This document shows positions 1 through 9,778 of a DNA stretch of 64,000 bases, in pieces (within the stretch, counting starts at the first letter, position 1; each line of letters opens with the position of its first letter). This DNA is from Clostridioides sp. GTDB lineage: Bacteria > Bacillota > Clostridia > Peptostreptococcales > Peptostreptococcaceae. The DNA lies in assembly GCA_031261505.1 (NCBI GenBank), contig JAISJN010000003.1:6141-70140 (forward strand), in the 5' to 3' direction. The position numbers and the translations under genes are program-made. The notes beneath the pieces are model-generated. The model ran no database searches, had not been told where the DNA came from, and saw only the letters and a list, made by a program, of their open reading frames with translations.

Positions 1-670
1 ACCCAACATTATTTACATTAGATTGCCATTCCCAAGGTTTATATTTATTATTCTTTTTGTCAAAGCAAGGTGCAAGATGATGGTTTTCAAAATTCGTCTC
101 ATTCAGTCCTAATTCATGCAACCATTTTTCCATAGCAAGTTTGTAATCAAGACCTACAAGCCTAGAAATTAATAGTCCAACAACTGCATATCCAAAATTC
201 GAGTAAGCATATCTGTATCTCTTATTGCTATCAAATTTAAAATTTTCTAATCCCTTAAGCACCGCTTGTTCATTTAAGGCATCAAAATACGGATTTTTCT
301 CTCTCGTACCACCAGATAAACCAATTTTAAGATATTTGAGCCAACTATAAGGCATTGCCATGCTAAAGCCGGATGTGTGCGTTGCCACTTGTCTAATGGT
401 TGGGTAACTGCCACTTAGCAAATTTGTGATAATTTGATTAATCCTAGTGTCTATCGCGATATGGTTGTTTGCTAACAGTTCTGCAAGAACTATACCGCTA
501 AATACTTTTGTTAATGAACCAATTTGATAACGATACGTTTCTCCCAGAATTTCTTCGCCAGGTTCATCATAAGTTTTTATTCCTGTTATCCCATTTTCTA
601 ATTTACCGACGGTTAACCGAACACCTTGATGCCCCGTAACGATTTCTTTAATTAATTGTTCTGATTTCAA
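1..670 (-). CDS. beta-lactamase-related serine hydrolase (class C / PBP4*-like fold); 3' end runs off the window
   Basis: My own minus-strand translation from TTG at 670 (GAGGTGG lies 4 nt upstream) gives LKSEQLIKEIVTGHQG...YQIGSLTKVFSG (SxxK), IRQVATHTSGF and YAYSNFGY (YxN). It is absent from the ORF track because it is open at the window edge. Confidence 0.75.
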   Translation of the reverse strand, partial: MKSEQLIKEIVTGHQGVRLTVGKLENGITGIKTYDEPGEEILGETYRYQIGSLTKVFSGIVLAELLANNHIAIDTRINQIITNLLSGSYPTIRQVATHTSGFSMAMPYSWLKYLKIGLSGGTREKNPYFDALNEQAVLKGLENFKFDSNKRYRYAYSNFGYAVVGLLISRLVGLDYKLAMEKWLHELGLNETNFENHHLAPCFDKKNNKYKPWEWQSNVNNVG

Positions 671-797
671 CTTGCCACCTCTCTTCTAACCATTCAATTT
701 CTAAACGGTTGTGATTCCAGTTAAAAACAAGATTTAGCGTAATAATACAGACTAGCAAAACTAAAATATTTTTATTCTTTACCTGTTTTTTTAACAT
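648..797 (-). CDS. 49-aa ORF with a membrane-anchor-like N-terminus; possibly the detached leader of the downstream hydrolase
   Basis: ATG at 797 follows GGAGGG. Translation is MLKKQVKNKNILVLLVCIITLNLVFNW..., ending at TAA 648-650. It overlaps the hydrolase start in another frame. Confidence 0.3.
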   Translation of the reverse strand: MLKKQVKNKNILVLLVCIITLNLVFNWNHNRLEIEWLEERWQVEIRTIN

Positions 798-813
798 TGC
801 TATCCCTCCAAAA

Positions 814-1422
814 CTACTTCATCAAATTCGCCATAAAATAGTCAATATGTTTTTTAACCAATGTCATCGCATTTTCTTTGTCTTCCATTTGGTCATAAAG
901 GTTCATCATCATATAGATTGGCGCAAAATATTCTAAGGCTAATACTTGTGAATCTTTATCAGAATTTGAAGCCTCTTTGATTAAATCTTTGGCATTTCCA
1001 ATAATACCTCCTGTTAAATACTCATTAAGAAGTTTTGCCATTTTTGGATTTCGATACTGCTCTAGTGTCAGCACCTTACGAAAACTTGAGGCAAAGCTAT
1101 CTTTCGTCCAATATCTAAACATATCAAGGCTGAACTTCTTAATTTTTTCAAAATTTAATTCTTTATCTGAATTAGATGCAGTTTCAAAACTTCCAACCGG
1201 AATATCGAACTTTTTTGTATGTTCCATGTTTTTCTCTTTCATACGCTCTACGATGCTGTCAAAAATCGCCTGTTTACTCTCATAATGCTTATATAAAGCA
1301 GCTTTTGTAATGCCGATTTTCCCGGAAATCGCACTCATTGATACGCCTTCATAACCCTCTTTTGCAAACAACTCTAAAGCTGTTAATAATATCAGTTCTT
1401 TTGTGTTTTTCAAAATAACCAC
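814..1422 (-). CDS. TetR/AcrR family transcriptional regulator
   Basis: N-terminal HTH ILLTALELFAKEGYEGVSMSAISGKIGITKAALYKHYESKQAIF is typical of TetR_N; 202 aa. Confidence 0.9.
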   Translation of the reverse strand: MVILKNTKELILLTALELFAKEGYEGVSMSAISGKIGITKAALYKHYESKQAIFDSIVERMKEKNMEHTKKFDIPVGSFETASNSDKELNFEKIKKFSLDMFRYWTKDSFASSFRKVLTLEQYRNPKMAKLLNEYLTGGIIGNAKDLIKEASNSDKDSQVLALEYFAPIYMMMNLYDQMEDKENAMTLVKKHIDYFMANLMK

Positions 1423-1634
1423 TCCTAGCTAAGTAACTGTTCGTTTACCTAATATTATAGTTACCATTCGGTTACTTGTCAAGTGATGATCGAAAACAAA
1501 AAAGTAGATGATATTATTTCTAACCCCCCTTAACTAATTGTGATTTCTTAAACTTCAAATTCAATCGAATCAATGCAAAATAAAAAGGACTTCTTAGCTC
1601 TACTCGCTTAGAAATCCCTTTATTTTGTAATTTT

Positions 1635-2081
1635 CTATTTTAACTTGCCATTAAGGAGGAATATTTCTTTTCTAGCAATCCTTATAGAAATTGACCAAAT
1701 AACAAAATAGATGAATATAAAAATTATTGTTGTCACAAGAACTGACCATATTGATAATGGAAACCAACCTGCACAAATAGCTAAAGGCATGAAGATAAAA
1801 TAAGTTATGCAGAAATGGATAACAGTCATTTTTGTAATACTCCACTCTGTTTCAGTAAAGATCAAAGAGCTAAGGGTAAAAGTTATCCCTAATAAACTCC
1901 ACAAAACAATTGAAACACTCATTGCATTTAGCTCTGTCGAAAATAGTTTGATAAACTCTGGGGAACTCGGGCTAAAGGAATTAGAATGAGAAGCATAAGA
2001 GAATATCAAGGCCAATATTGTGCCTATAAAGTTTCCTATAACTATACCCAATCCAATTTTTCTAATTACTAATTTACTCAT
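1635..2081 (-). CDS. DUF3021-type small membrane protein (usual partner of a LytTR regulator)
   Basis: 148 aa with 4 predicted TM helices. Its start overlaps the upstream LytTR gene stop by 4 nt. Confidence 0.75.
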   Translation of the reverse strand: MSKLVIRKIGLGIVIGNFIGTILALIFSYASHSNSFSPSSPEFIKLFSTELNAMSVSIVLWSLLGITFTLSSLIFTETEWSITKMTVIHFCITYFIFMPLAICAGWFPLSIWSVLVTTIIFIFIYFVIWSISIRIARKEIFLLNGKLK

Positions 2082-2524
2082 AATCCAATCCTCTCCTTTA
2101 TTTTTCCTAAATAACTTCTTGATGAATAACTAACAACACCATTTTTCAAATGTATCTCAATAAGACCATTCCCACTAAGTCGGAAGTGTTCAATCATTTT
2201 TAAATTAATGATCTCACTGTGAGAAATACGCATGAAATCATTAGTTAATATCTCTTCCAACTGATAAAGTCTTGCATCAACAACAAATTCGGCTGTTGAT
2301 GTTTGTGCATAAAGCAATTTGTTTGCGGTAAAAAAACGGTAAACCTCGTCAGCTTCTAAAGGATAAATATTACCATTATTTTTCCCAACAAGCTTATCTA
2401 GCTTTTCATGTTGCTCAATAAGCAAAATAATTTTTTGAATGAGCTGTGTCATTCGATTTGCTTTGATTATTACTTTTTCCTCTCCGTCTAGAATATCTTT
2501 GCTAATGTCCAATTCAACTCTCAT
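2078..2524 (-). CDS. LytTR-family DNA-binding protein
   Basis: C-terminal LytTR-like segment FMRISHSEIINLKMIEHF...IEIHLKNG...SRSY. I moved the start to the ATG at 2524, which is preceded by AAAGGAGGTG. The track ORF starts at 2557. Confidence 0.85.
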   Translation of the reverse strand: MRVELDISKDILDGEEKVIIKANRMTQLIQKIILLIEQHEKLDKLVGKNNGNIYPLEADEVYRFFTANKLLYAQTSTAEFVVDARLYQLEEILTNDFMRISHSEIINLKMIEHFRLSGNGLIEIHLKNGVVSYSSRSYLGKIKERIGL

Positions 2525-2721
2525 TTCTACACCTCCTTTAAATACATTAAACCTCAATTTCTTTATAATTGGAAGTCTATTTCGCTATATGGCAGGTTTG
2601 GTAAGATAGGTGGTCATTAAAAACTACAAATATTCAAATTGATTCATCCTTTATAGCTTACGTTTAGGGCTACTCGTAGAAATTGAGTGGTGTAAATGTC
2701 GGTATTACAAGGACTTTAGAA

Positions 2722-2754
2722 CGTGAAAAGCACCCTACCAATTTGGTAGAGTGC
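2722..2754 (-). terminator. rho-independent terminator downstream of argG
   Basis: Minus-strand hairpin GCACUCUACCAAAUUGGUAGGGUGC followed by UUUUCACG. Confidence 0.55.
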
Positions 2755-2756
2755 TA

Positions 2757-2865
2757 TAAGTGATTAAATGGTGATTCAACGCTTTCAGTGGGAGATTTGA
2801 CCTCCACTGAAATGAGATTTATGCCCGCCACCTGTAGAGGTGGGGGACATTTATCTCAAGTTATA
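2757..2865 (+). repeat. double-hairpin intergenic repeat, full copy (A)
   Basis: ...AAATGGTGATTCAACGCTTTCAGTGGGAGATTTGACCTCCACTGAAATGAGATTTATGCCCGCCACCTGTAGAGGTGGGGGACATTTATCTCAAGTTATA. It matches 98 of 100 nt of the copy at 32633-32732. Confidence 0.9.
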
Positions 2866-2944
2866 CTACTTTCACAGCTTTACATTTTATCTTGCTTGAA
2901 AAGATTCACGCTACTGTATCTATCGTTCCACCTCTATTTCTAGC

Positions 2945-4150
2945 TTATTTACTTCTAAGCGATTTCATAGCCTTTATCTTCAATGGAAGTGTGAAGAGAT
3001 TTATAAAACCTTCTGCATCCTTGTGGTCGTATAGATCACTTGCTCCGAAAGAAGATATCCCCTGGTCGTATAAGGCGTTTTCTGCAAATATACCAGCTGA
3101 TTTTATATTCCCCTTGTATAACTTTAATTTTACACTACCTGTCACATTTTCCTGTGTGATGTCTACAAATGCTTCTATAGCCTCTCTTAAAGTCGTATAC
3201 CATAGACCATCGTAGATGAGCTCGCTGTATTTAAGAGCTATCAACTGTTTGTAGTGAAGTGTGTCCTTATCTATGGTTGCACTTTCTAATTTATTATGTG
3301 CCTCGTAGAGTATAGTTCCTCCCGGTGTTTCGTATACTCCCCTTGACTTCATTCCAACCAATCTATTTTCTAGTAAATCTATTACGCCTATCCCGTGTTT
3401 CTTACCTAGTGAGTTTACCTTTTTAATCAATTCTACTGGAGCCAATTCCTCACCGTTTACCTTCTTAGGCACTCCTTTTTCAAAGTATATTTCTACGTAT
3501 TCGGCTTCGTCTGGAGCATCTTCAGGATCTATACATTCCTTGTACACGTCTTTTTTATGCTCGTTTGCTAGGTTTTCTATATCCCCGCCCTCTGTCGACA
3601 CATGCCATAGGTTGGCGTCTACTGAGTATATTTTTTCCTTAGTCGCAGTTACTTCTATATTGTGTGCATTTGCGTAGTCTATTGCATCTTCCCTAGACTT
3701 TATATCCCAAATCCTCCAAGGAGCTATTACCTTTATGCTAGGGTCTAAGGCTGCTATCGTAGCCTCGAATCTAACTTGATCGTTTCCCTTACCAGTGCAT
3801 CCGTGGCAGATAAATTTTGCCCCTTCCTTATGCGCTACCTCAACTAATTTTTTAGCTATTATAGGTCTAGCAAGTGATGTCCCCAGTAGATATTTGCCTT
3901 CGTATTTCACCTCTGCCTTGATTGCGCTAAATATTGTAGTCGTTACGAATTCTTCGCTTATATCGTCTACGTACGCTTTTGAAGCTCCACTATTAAGCGC
4001 TTTCTCGTACACATCTTCCATCTTGTCTTCCTGTCCGACGTTACCACATACTGCGATTACCTCGATATCTTCGTAGTTTTCCTTTAACCAAGGTATTATT
4101 ATCGATGTATCTAATCCACCTGAATATGCTAAAACAACTTTTTGTGCCAT
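2945..4150 (-). CDS. argG: argininosuccinate synthase
   Basis: [16 protein letters not shown] (N-type ATP-PPase motif); 401 aa; family-typical throughout. Confidence 0.97.
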   Translation of the reverse strand: MAQKVVLAYSGGLDTSIIIPWLKENYEDIEVIAVCGNVGQEDKMEDVYEKALNSGASKAYVDDISEEFVTTTIFSAIKAEVKYEGKYLLGTSLARPIIAKKLVEVAHKEGAKFICHGCTGKGNDQVRFEATIAALDPSIKVIAPWRIWDIKSREDAIDYANAHNIEVTATKEKIYSVDANLWHVSTEGGDIENLANEHKKDVYKECIDPEDAPDEAEYVEIYFEKGVPKKVNGEELAPVELIKKVNSLGKKHGIGVIDLLENRLVGMKSRGVYETPGGTILYEAHNKLESATIDKDTLHYKQLIALKYSELIYDGLWYTTLREAIEAFVDITQENVTGSVKLKLYKGNIKSAGIFAENALYDQGISSFGASDLYDHKDAEGFINLFTLPLKIKAMKSLRSK

Positions 4151-4176
4151 TGTAATTTCCCCCTTCTATTAATTTA

Positions 4177-4220
4177 CGCCCTCCACCTATATATGTATGG
4201 GACATAAATTTCAAGTTATA
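4177..4220 (+). repeat. degenerate right-half remnant of the intergenic repeat
   Basis: CGCCCTCCACCTATATATGTATGGGACATAAATTTCAAGTTATA versus consensus GCCCGCCACCTGTAGAGGTGGGGGACATTTATCTCAAGTTATA. It lies between the T-box terminator and the argG start. Confidence 0.5.
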
Positions 4221-4314
4221 TTTGTATTTGCTCTTCGACTGAATCGTCGATACGTCGCCCTCTGCAGTAGGGTTTCGTTTTCCTGTTTTCTTCTATGAAT
4301 TTATTTTTAACGTT

Positions 4315-4545
4315 AAAAAAGCCCCTTAGTCAAACGACTAAGAGGCGAATATCCGCGGTACCACTCTAATTGATGGGAGTAATCCCATCATCTCTATCTC
4401 TTAAGGCGAGAATTCCTATCATCATACTTAGTTTCCGATGATCTCCTCCAAAGCTCTCTTCACTGTAGATTTCTCTGCCACTCTTTCACCGAATGTTGGC
4501 TCTCTGTAAGATTCCACTATAGCTACTCTCTTTTTCACAGGATTT
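4315..4545 (-). promoter_or_regulatory. T-box leader (tRNA-sensing riboswitch) controlling argG
   Basis: The minus strand reads AGAGAGUA ... AGAGAG ... GGUGAAAG ... then the conserved AAUUAGAGUGGUACCGCGG. The terminator GCCUCUUAGUCGUUUGACUAAGGGGCUUUUUU follows. Confidence 0.85.
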
Positions 4546-4563
4546 AATTATCATGTTAGAAAT

Positions 4564-4592
4564 ATGATAATTTATTTTACTTATTTTGTCAA
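4564..4592 (-). promoter_or_regulatory. sigma-A-type promoter for the argG T-box leader
   Basis: Minus strand TTGACA, 17 nt spacer, TATCAT, just upstream of Stem I. Confidence 0.55.
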
Positions 4593-4613
4593 CTGAATTT
4601 TTGAAATTAAATT

Positions 4614-4655
4614 GAGAAAGATGTCAATCCACTTTTATGTGGGACATCTTTCTTG
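4614..4655 (-). terminator. hairpin terminator after the histidine kinase gene
   Basis: Minus-strand inverted repeat AGAAAGAUGUCCCAC...GUGGAUUGACAUCUUUCU followed by an A/U-rich tail. The U-run is weak. Confidence 0.4.
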
Positions 4656-4693
4656 TTTTACTCGGTTATACCAAGATATACTTTACCTTTAAT

Positions 4694-6127
4694 CTACTGT
4701 GCAGACTGAGTGTGGTTGTTTGCAAGCGTAAATGTAATCGTAGTACCTTCATTTTTTACGCTTTCAATGTTTAAGTGACCGCCGTGCAACTTAACTATTT
4801 CATTGCTTATAGCTAGCCCCAATCCACTTCCTGCCTTGTTGTAATCTTCTTGGAAGAATTTATCCATTACCTTAGTCAAGTTTTGCTCTTCTATACCTGC
4901 CCCGTTGTCCTCTACCTTGATAGTAGTCATTTCATCGGTTTGAGATACATCTAGCTTTACGTATCCACCGGCGTCTGTAAATTTGAGTGAGTTTTGAATC
5001 AAGTTTATCAACACCTGTCTAAGCCTATTCTTATCCCCTTGAATTTTTTGCATCTCATCGCTCTCAAATTCAAACTTGAGTTCTACGTCCTTTTCGAATG
5101 CCTTAACCTTGAGTTGATTTATTACACCTACTACAAGCCCAGCTATATCGACCTCTTCTATGCTCGTCTTTATTCTATCAGATGAAAGCCTAGAGAAGTC
5201 TAGAAGTTCCTCTACTAGCTTTATAAGCCTAGTGGTCTCATCTTGAATTATTCCAAGTCCCATATCGAGTTCATCCCTAGTTATCCCTTCAAATCCGAGG
5301 GTCTCACTCCACCCCTTTATAGATGTAAGTGGGGTTCTAAGTTCATGCGAAATAGACGAGATAAATTCGTCTTTTAAAATTTCACTTCTATGAATTTCAA
5401 ATGCCATATGCTCAAATGTCTGAGCTAGTTCTCCAAGCTCATCGTCTACTATGGCTTTTGTCTTATGTTTAACCTTATAATTACCATTTGCCAGATCATT
5501 TGCAAGTGATTTGAGCTCACTTATAGGTGTTATAAGCGTCTCTGCCAATTTCAAACTCATTGCAACTGCTATTAAAAGTATTAAAATACCCGCTATTATG
5601 AGCCATAATGCCTGTTTTAAGATTGCGTTGTCTATTTCCTCCAAAGATGTCGTATACCTTACGACACCTTCAATTGTATTATTCGATTTTAGTGGTACTG
5701 AAATACTCATAACGTGTTCGTTGGTGTCTGGCATTCTGTATATGTACGGAATCTTATCCATAGAATCATTGAGTGCCTTATCCACATCGTCGTAATGTAC
5801 CTCTTGGTTCGATTTGAATCCATATTGGTCTAGTATTACCTTCTTATCCTTGTCTATTATGGATATACCAAATTTAGAGTTTTTATCAAGCCCCTGACCC
5901 TCATAGATATTATTTATCTTTTTCTCGAAGCTCTTATTGTCCAAAGTATTTTTTGGACTACTCCAATCTGTAAAGTTTGATTGAGAAATCAGCTGCTGTC
6001 TAGCAGACTCGTAGTTGGTGTTTCTTATATAGACGACAAAGACCGATTCAAATAGGATAACCATCATTACGATTATTATAAAGTAGTTCTTAATAATCTT
6101 TTTCCTAAGTCCTTCAAAGTGTAACAC
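4694..6127 (-). CDS. sensor histidine kinase (TM-sensor-TM-HAMP-HisKA-HATPase)
   Basis: H-box SHELRTPLTSIKG, N-box LINLIQNSLKF, G1 DNGAGI, G2 GSGLGLAI. Confidence 0.92.
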   Translation of the reverse strand: MLHFEGLRKKIIKNYFIIIVMMVILFESVFVVYIRNTNYESARQQLISQSNFTDWSSPKNTLDNKSFEKKINNIYEGQGLDKNSKFGISIIDKDKKVILDQYGFKSNQEVHYDDVDKALNDSMDKIPYIYRMPDTNEHVMSISVPLKSNNTIEGVVRYTTSLEEIDNAILKQALWLIIAGILILLIAVAMSLKLAETLITPISELKSLANDLANGNYKVKHKTKAIVDDELGELAQTFEHMAFEIHRSEILKDEFISSISHELRTPLTSIKGWSETLGFEGITRDELDMGLGIIQDETTRLIKLVEELLDFSRLSSDRIKTSIEEVDIAGLVVGVINQLKVKAFEKDVELKFEFESDEMQKIQGDKNRLRQVLINLIQNSLKFTDAGGYVKLDVSQTDEMTTIKVEDNGAGIEEQNLTKVMDKFFQEDYNKAGSGLGLAISNEIVKLHGGHLNIESVKNEGTTITFTLANNHTQSAQ

Positions 6128-6129
6128 GA

Positions 6130-6852
6130 TTATTCTTCGTCCTTTCCCTCTTCCTTCTTATCTTCACCTTTTCTAAAACAATATCCATATCCCCAGACAG
6201 TCTGGATGAATTTAGGTTTAGAAGGGTCGTCTTCGATCTTGTTTCTTATCCTTCTGATGTTTACATCGACTATCTTGAAGTCGTACAGGTAGTTTGCCCC
6301 CCAAACCTCATCTAGTATTTGATCCCTGCTTAGCGACTGAGTCGCATTTGACATAAGGTACTTGACGATAGAGAATTCAGTAGGTGTAAGTTCTATCTCC
6401 TGTTCGTTTTTAAATAGCCTTCTCTTTACCATGTCTAGTGTAAATGGAGGTATAATGAGTTCATTTACATTTACCTCTTCGAGATTTACCCTTCTCAACA
6501 GAGCCGACACCCTAAATAAAAGTTCTTTTATGCTGAATGGCTTTACGATGTAATCGTCCGCTCCTGAAATAAATCCCTCGATTTTATCGTCTTCCTGAGA
6601 TTTTGCAGTCAACATTATTATTCCAACTCTGTCGTAATTTTCTCTTATATACTTGCATACTTCTATACCACTCATATCTGGTAGCATGACATCTAAAAGA
6701 GCAAGTGAAATATCTTGCTCCTGTGTTATTTTTTCTATAGCTTCTCCGCCAGTTCCCGCTTCTATTATTTCATAGCCTTCTCTTTTTAAGTTGATGCTGA
6801 CAAAGCTCCTTATTCCTATTTCATCTTCTAATACCAGTATTTTTCCTTTCAT
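6130..6852 (-). CDS. OmpR-family response regulator
   Basis: Receiver domain (LVLEDE...DVMLPDMSG...KPF) plus winged-helix output (TPTEFSIVKYL...VWGYGY). Confidence 0.94.
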   Translation of the reverse strand: MKGKILVLEDEIGIRSFVSINLKREGYEIIEAGTGGEAIEKITQEQDISLALLDVMLPDMSGIEVCKYIRENYDRVGIIMLTAKSQEDDKIEGFISGADDYIVKPFSIKELLFRVSALLRRVNLEEVNVNELIIPPFTLDMVKRRLFKNEQEIELTPTEFSIVKYLMSNATQSLSRDQILDEVWGANYLYDFKIVDVNIRRIRNKIEDDPSKPKFIQTVWGYGYCFRKGEDKKEEGKDEE

Positions 6853-6867
6853 TCTAATACCCCCATC

Positions 6868-8247
6868 TTATTTATACATCAATGAAAAATATTCTTTAAT
6901 CATAGGCATGTTGAGATTTAACCTCTTAAGTTCTTCTACGTTGTTAAGTGTCAACATGTATACGTAATGTTCGTTTTCATCAAGAGTGAATCCTTCTCCA
7001 CCTTCGCCCAATACCTGTTTTTGTTTTGAATCGAGGCTGCTCTTATTCTCTACGATTATGCTAAATAAATCCTTGCGCTTAGAGTCGATTGAATCGTAGT
7101 AATAGAACTTATAAGTCGTATAGCTTTGCTTCTTTCCACTTGCAAGTTCCTCTTCCACAATTATATTGCCAGCCAATTTGTTCGGTATCGATACCTTGTA
7201 GTTGTACTTGTAGTTGTAGTATATCTGACTTACAAATACCTTTGTACTGCTGTTTCCACTCCATTTATACCAGCATACATTTGCTTCTACAGCTGATTTA
7301 TACTTCACGTTGTTAGTAGGTATTTCTAAAACTCCGTCCCTGTCAATGTCGGCTATAGGTATATAGTACGGCTTGATTATCTCGTTGTCGTTAAACACCT
7401 TTTCGAGCTGTCCAGTTGTAGATAGGTATAAAATATTCGTCGCGTAATAACTTCCGTTTATAATTGGATAGTCGATGACTACTCCTTTTTTTCGTGGCTG
7501 TTTTGATACGTCTCCATACCTCAAGTACATATCGCTTATATTTTTTACATTTTCGAGCACTGTCGGCTTTTTATAGGTAAGTCCATCCACGAAATTCACT
7601 ATGTTTGCATAAGCCTTGTTAGTCTTTGGATCTAGGTATACGAGGAGTATATCCAGATTATTATCTCCGTTCATATGTCCAGCCATTACTTGTAAATCAG
7701 TGAGTGAATCTTTATTTTCAACCCATTCAGGTACTATGTCGTATAGTTTTTTGATTTTATGGTTATCGAATTCATATACGTACATATTGGTCTTATCCTT
7801 TGTTTTGACAGTTAGCACAATTTCTTTTTTCCCATCGTTTCTCAAATCTAAGAAGTTTGCGTATTCTATTGAATCGCCATCTATCATCTCTTCATCGTCG
7901 TGTGAGTAGATTTCATTCCCCTTGCTCAAAACCAAGAAACCTACTTGATTTGATTTTCCTTCATCTATTGTTTCTAATTTCTTAAATGCCACAACTTCTT
8001 TGACGCCATCTCCATTTAAGTCTACTTGATTTATTTTTCCAACCTCTGTTGAATTAGATGGGAAGGTAAACGAGGTATTTAGAGGCAGCAATTTACTTAT
8101 TCCATCCTCTAGTCTCATTTCTTCCCTATCGTAAGTAGGTCGTATTGCTAGGTTGTCTACCGTTCCAACACTTAGTTTACATCCCGTAGCAATCGCAATG
8201 GTCAATATCGTTATGGCAGCTAAGATAAGTAATTTAAATGCCTTCAT
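6868..8247 (-). CDS. lipoprotein with FG-GAP/VCBS-like Ca-binding repeats, co-oriented with the two-component system
   Basis: Lipobox LTIAIATGC. Repeated DxNxDGxxE-type motifs: DLNGDGVKEVV, DLRNDGKKEIV, NGDNNLDILL, DIDRDGVLEI. Only 15 nt separate it from the response-regulator gene. Confidence 0.7.
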   Translation of the reverse strand: MKAFKLLILAAITILTIAIATGCKLSVGTVDNLAIRPTYDREEMRLEDGISKLLPLNTSFTFPSNSTEVGKINQVDLNGDGVKEVVAFKKLETIDEGKSNQVGFLVLSKGNEIYSHDDEEMIDGDSIEYANFLDLRNDGKKEIVLTVKTKDKTNMYVYEFDNHKIKKLYDIVPEWVENKDSLTDLQVMAGHMNGDNNLDILLVYLDPKTNKAYANIVNFVDGLTYKKPTVLENVKNISDMYLRYGDVSKQPRKKGVVIDYPIINGSYYATNILYLSTTGQLEKVFNDNEIIKPYYIPIADIDRDGVLEIPTNNVKYKSAVEANVCWYKWSGNSSTKVFVSQIYYNYKYNYKVSIPNKLAGNIIVEEELASGKKQSYTTYKFYYYDSIDSKRKDLFSIIVENKSSLDSKQKQVLGEGGEGFTLDENEHYVYMLTLNNVEELKRLNLNMPMIKEYFSLMYK

Positions 8248-8263
8248 CTTTAACCTCCGAATT

Positions 8264-9415
8264 TTAACCGTTTATTGCCTTTGGTGGCCTTGGGCCAACG
8301 TATTGATAGTAGTAAGTCTTTAGCATTCCGTTGTATAACTTTCTCTTTCTGTCGGCTTCCCTTCCAAATTCGTACTCGAATTCTTCAAACGAAGTTATTA
8401 AGTAGTAAGACCAGTTGTTTAGCCTTTTGAAAGCGTATCCCAGCTCCTTGTACAGTAGTTGAATGCTCTCCTTCTCCTCAAGCCTTTCACCGTATGGAGG
8501 GTTTGTTATGATAAATCCATACTCATCGTCGCTCTCGAATTTCGTCGCATCCCCTACTTCAAAGTCTATATAGTCTGAGACTCCTGCTATCTCTGCATTT
8601 TCTCTAGCTATCTCAACAGACTCTGGGTCTATATCATAGCCTCTAAGCTTAAACTTCACACTCTCATCTATAGCCTCAAAAGCTTTCTTTCTCTCTTCCC
8701 ACCATATTTTCTTATCATATGTTCTCCATTTTTCTGATATAAATTCCCTATTTAACCCAGGAGCCATATTCAATCCCATCATAGCTGCCTCTATCAATAT
8801 GGTACCCGATCCACACATTGGGTCGACCAAAATTCTACCTGGTCTCCACGGCGTTAGGTAGACTAGGCCTGCTGCTAGAGTCTCTCTTATTGGAGCCTTG
8901 TTCGCCTTTTCCCTATATCCCCTCTTGTGAAGTGCATCTCCTGTCGTATCCACGGTAATTACTACCTTGTCCTTGTGTATAAACACAAATATAGGGTATT
9001 TTTCCTTATCTTCTTTTAACATCCCTGTCTCCATGTACTTTTTCTTCAAACTATCAACTATAGCTTTTTTTACAATAGACTGGACATCCGGTGTCGAATG
9101 TAGCTTTGATTTAATCGACGATGCCTTTGATATTGGGAACTCTGCCCCATATGGTATGTACGTCGACCAATCTATTCTCTTTGTATTTTCGTACAAATCA
9201 TCAAAACTCTTTGCTTCGAATTCAGCCACCTTTAAATGTACTCTCTCTGCACATCTAAGCCATAGATTCGATTTTGCTATTCCATCTTCATCTGTCTTAT
9301 ATGTTATCCTTCCATCTTCGGTTTTGATTATTTCAAACCCTAGGTTTTTTATTTCTCTCGCCAATATCTTTTCCATTCCGAAAAAGCAAGGTGCTACTAA
9401 TGTGTAATTTTTCAT
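8264..9415 (-). CDS. THUMP-domain class I SAM-dependent RNA methyltransferase (RlmL/YpsC-like)
   Basis: VDPMCGSGTILIEA (motif I) and ITNPPYGERL (motif IV); 383 aa. Confidence 0.88.
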   Translation of the reverse strand: MKNYTLVAPCFFGMEKILAREIKNLGFEIIKTEDGRITYKTDEDGIAKSNLWLRCAERVHLKVAEFEAKSFDDLYENTKRIDWSTYIPYGAEFPISKASSIKSKLHSTPDVQSIVKKAIVDSLKKKYMETGMLKEDKEKYPIFVFIHKDKVVITVDTTGDALHKRGYREKANKAPIRETLAAGLVYLTPWRPGRILVDPMCGSGTILIEAAMMGLNMAPGLNREFISEKWRTYDKKIWWEERKKAFEAIDESVKFKLRGYDIDPESVEIARENAEIAGVSDYIDFEVGDATKFESDDEYGFIITNPPYGERLEEKESIQLLYKELGYAFKRLNNWSYYLITSFEEFEYEFGREADRKRKLYNGMLKTYYYQYVGPRPPKAING

Positions 9416-9704
9416 CTTTCCTCCAAATTTCTATATATCAGACTTCTATATTTCTTCCATTTACTTCATTGATTATTCGATTTTTTCTGCAATTTCAGTA
9501 ATCTAACCTTCGTATCCTTAATTCTATACATCATTTTTATTATAACATTTATAGAGCAGTTTAGGTAATAATTGTCCAAATATCTTAGGTGAATTATCCA
9601 ATTTTAATTGCGATTCAATCATTTAAGTAGAGATACTTCGCTCGTAAATGAAATTTGTCTTCAACAATCTAAACATGGATAATATGTTTCTCAAGTTAAA
9701 GCAA

Positions 9705-9757
9705 AAATCAAAAAGACAAGAGGATATGGTTCCAGATCTCTTGTCTTTTTGATTTTT
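9705..9757 (-). terminator. long-stem bidirectional terminator after the ArsC-family gene
   Basis: AAAATCAAAAAGACAAGAG...CTCTTGTCTTTTTGATTTT, a stem of about 19 bp flanked by A/T runs. Confidence 0.6.
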
Positions 9758-9778
9758 GAATATATTTACTTTGATTTT

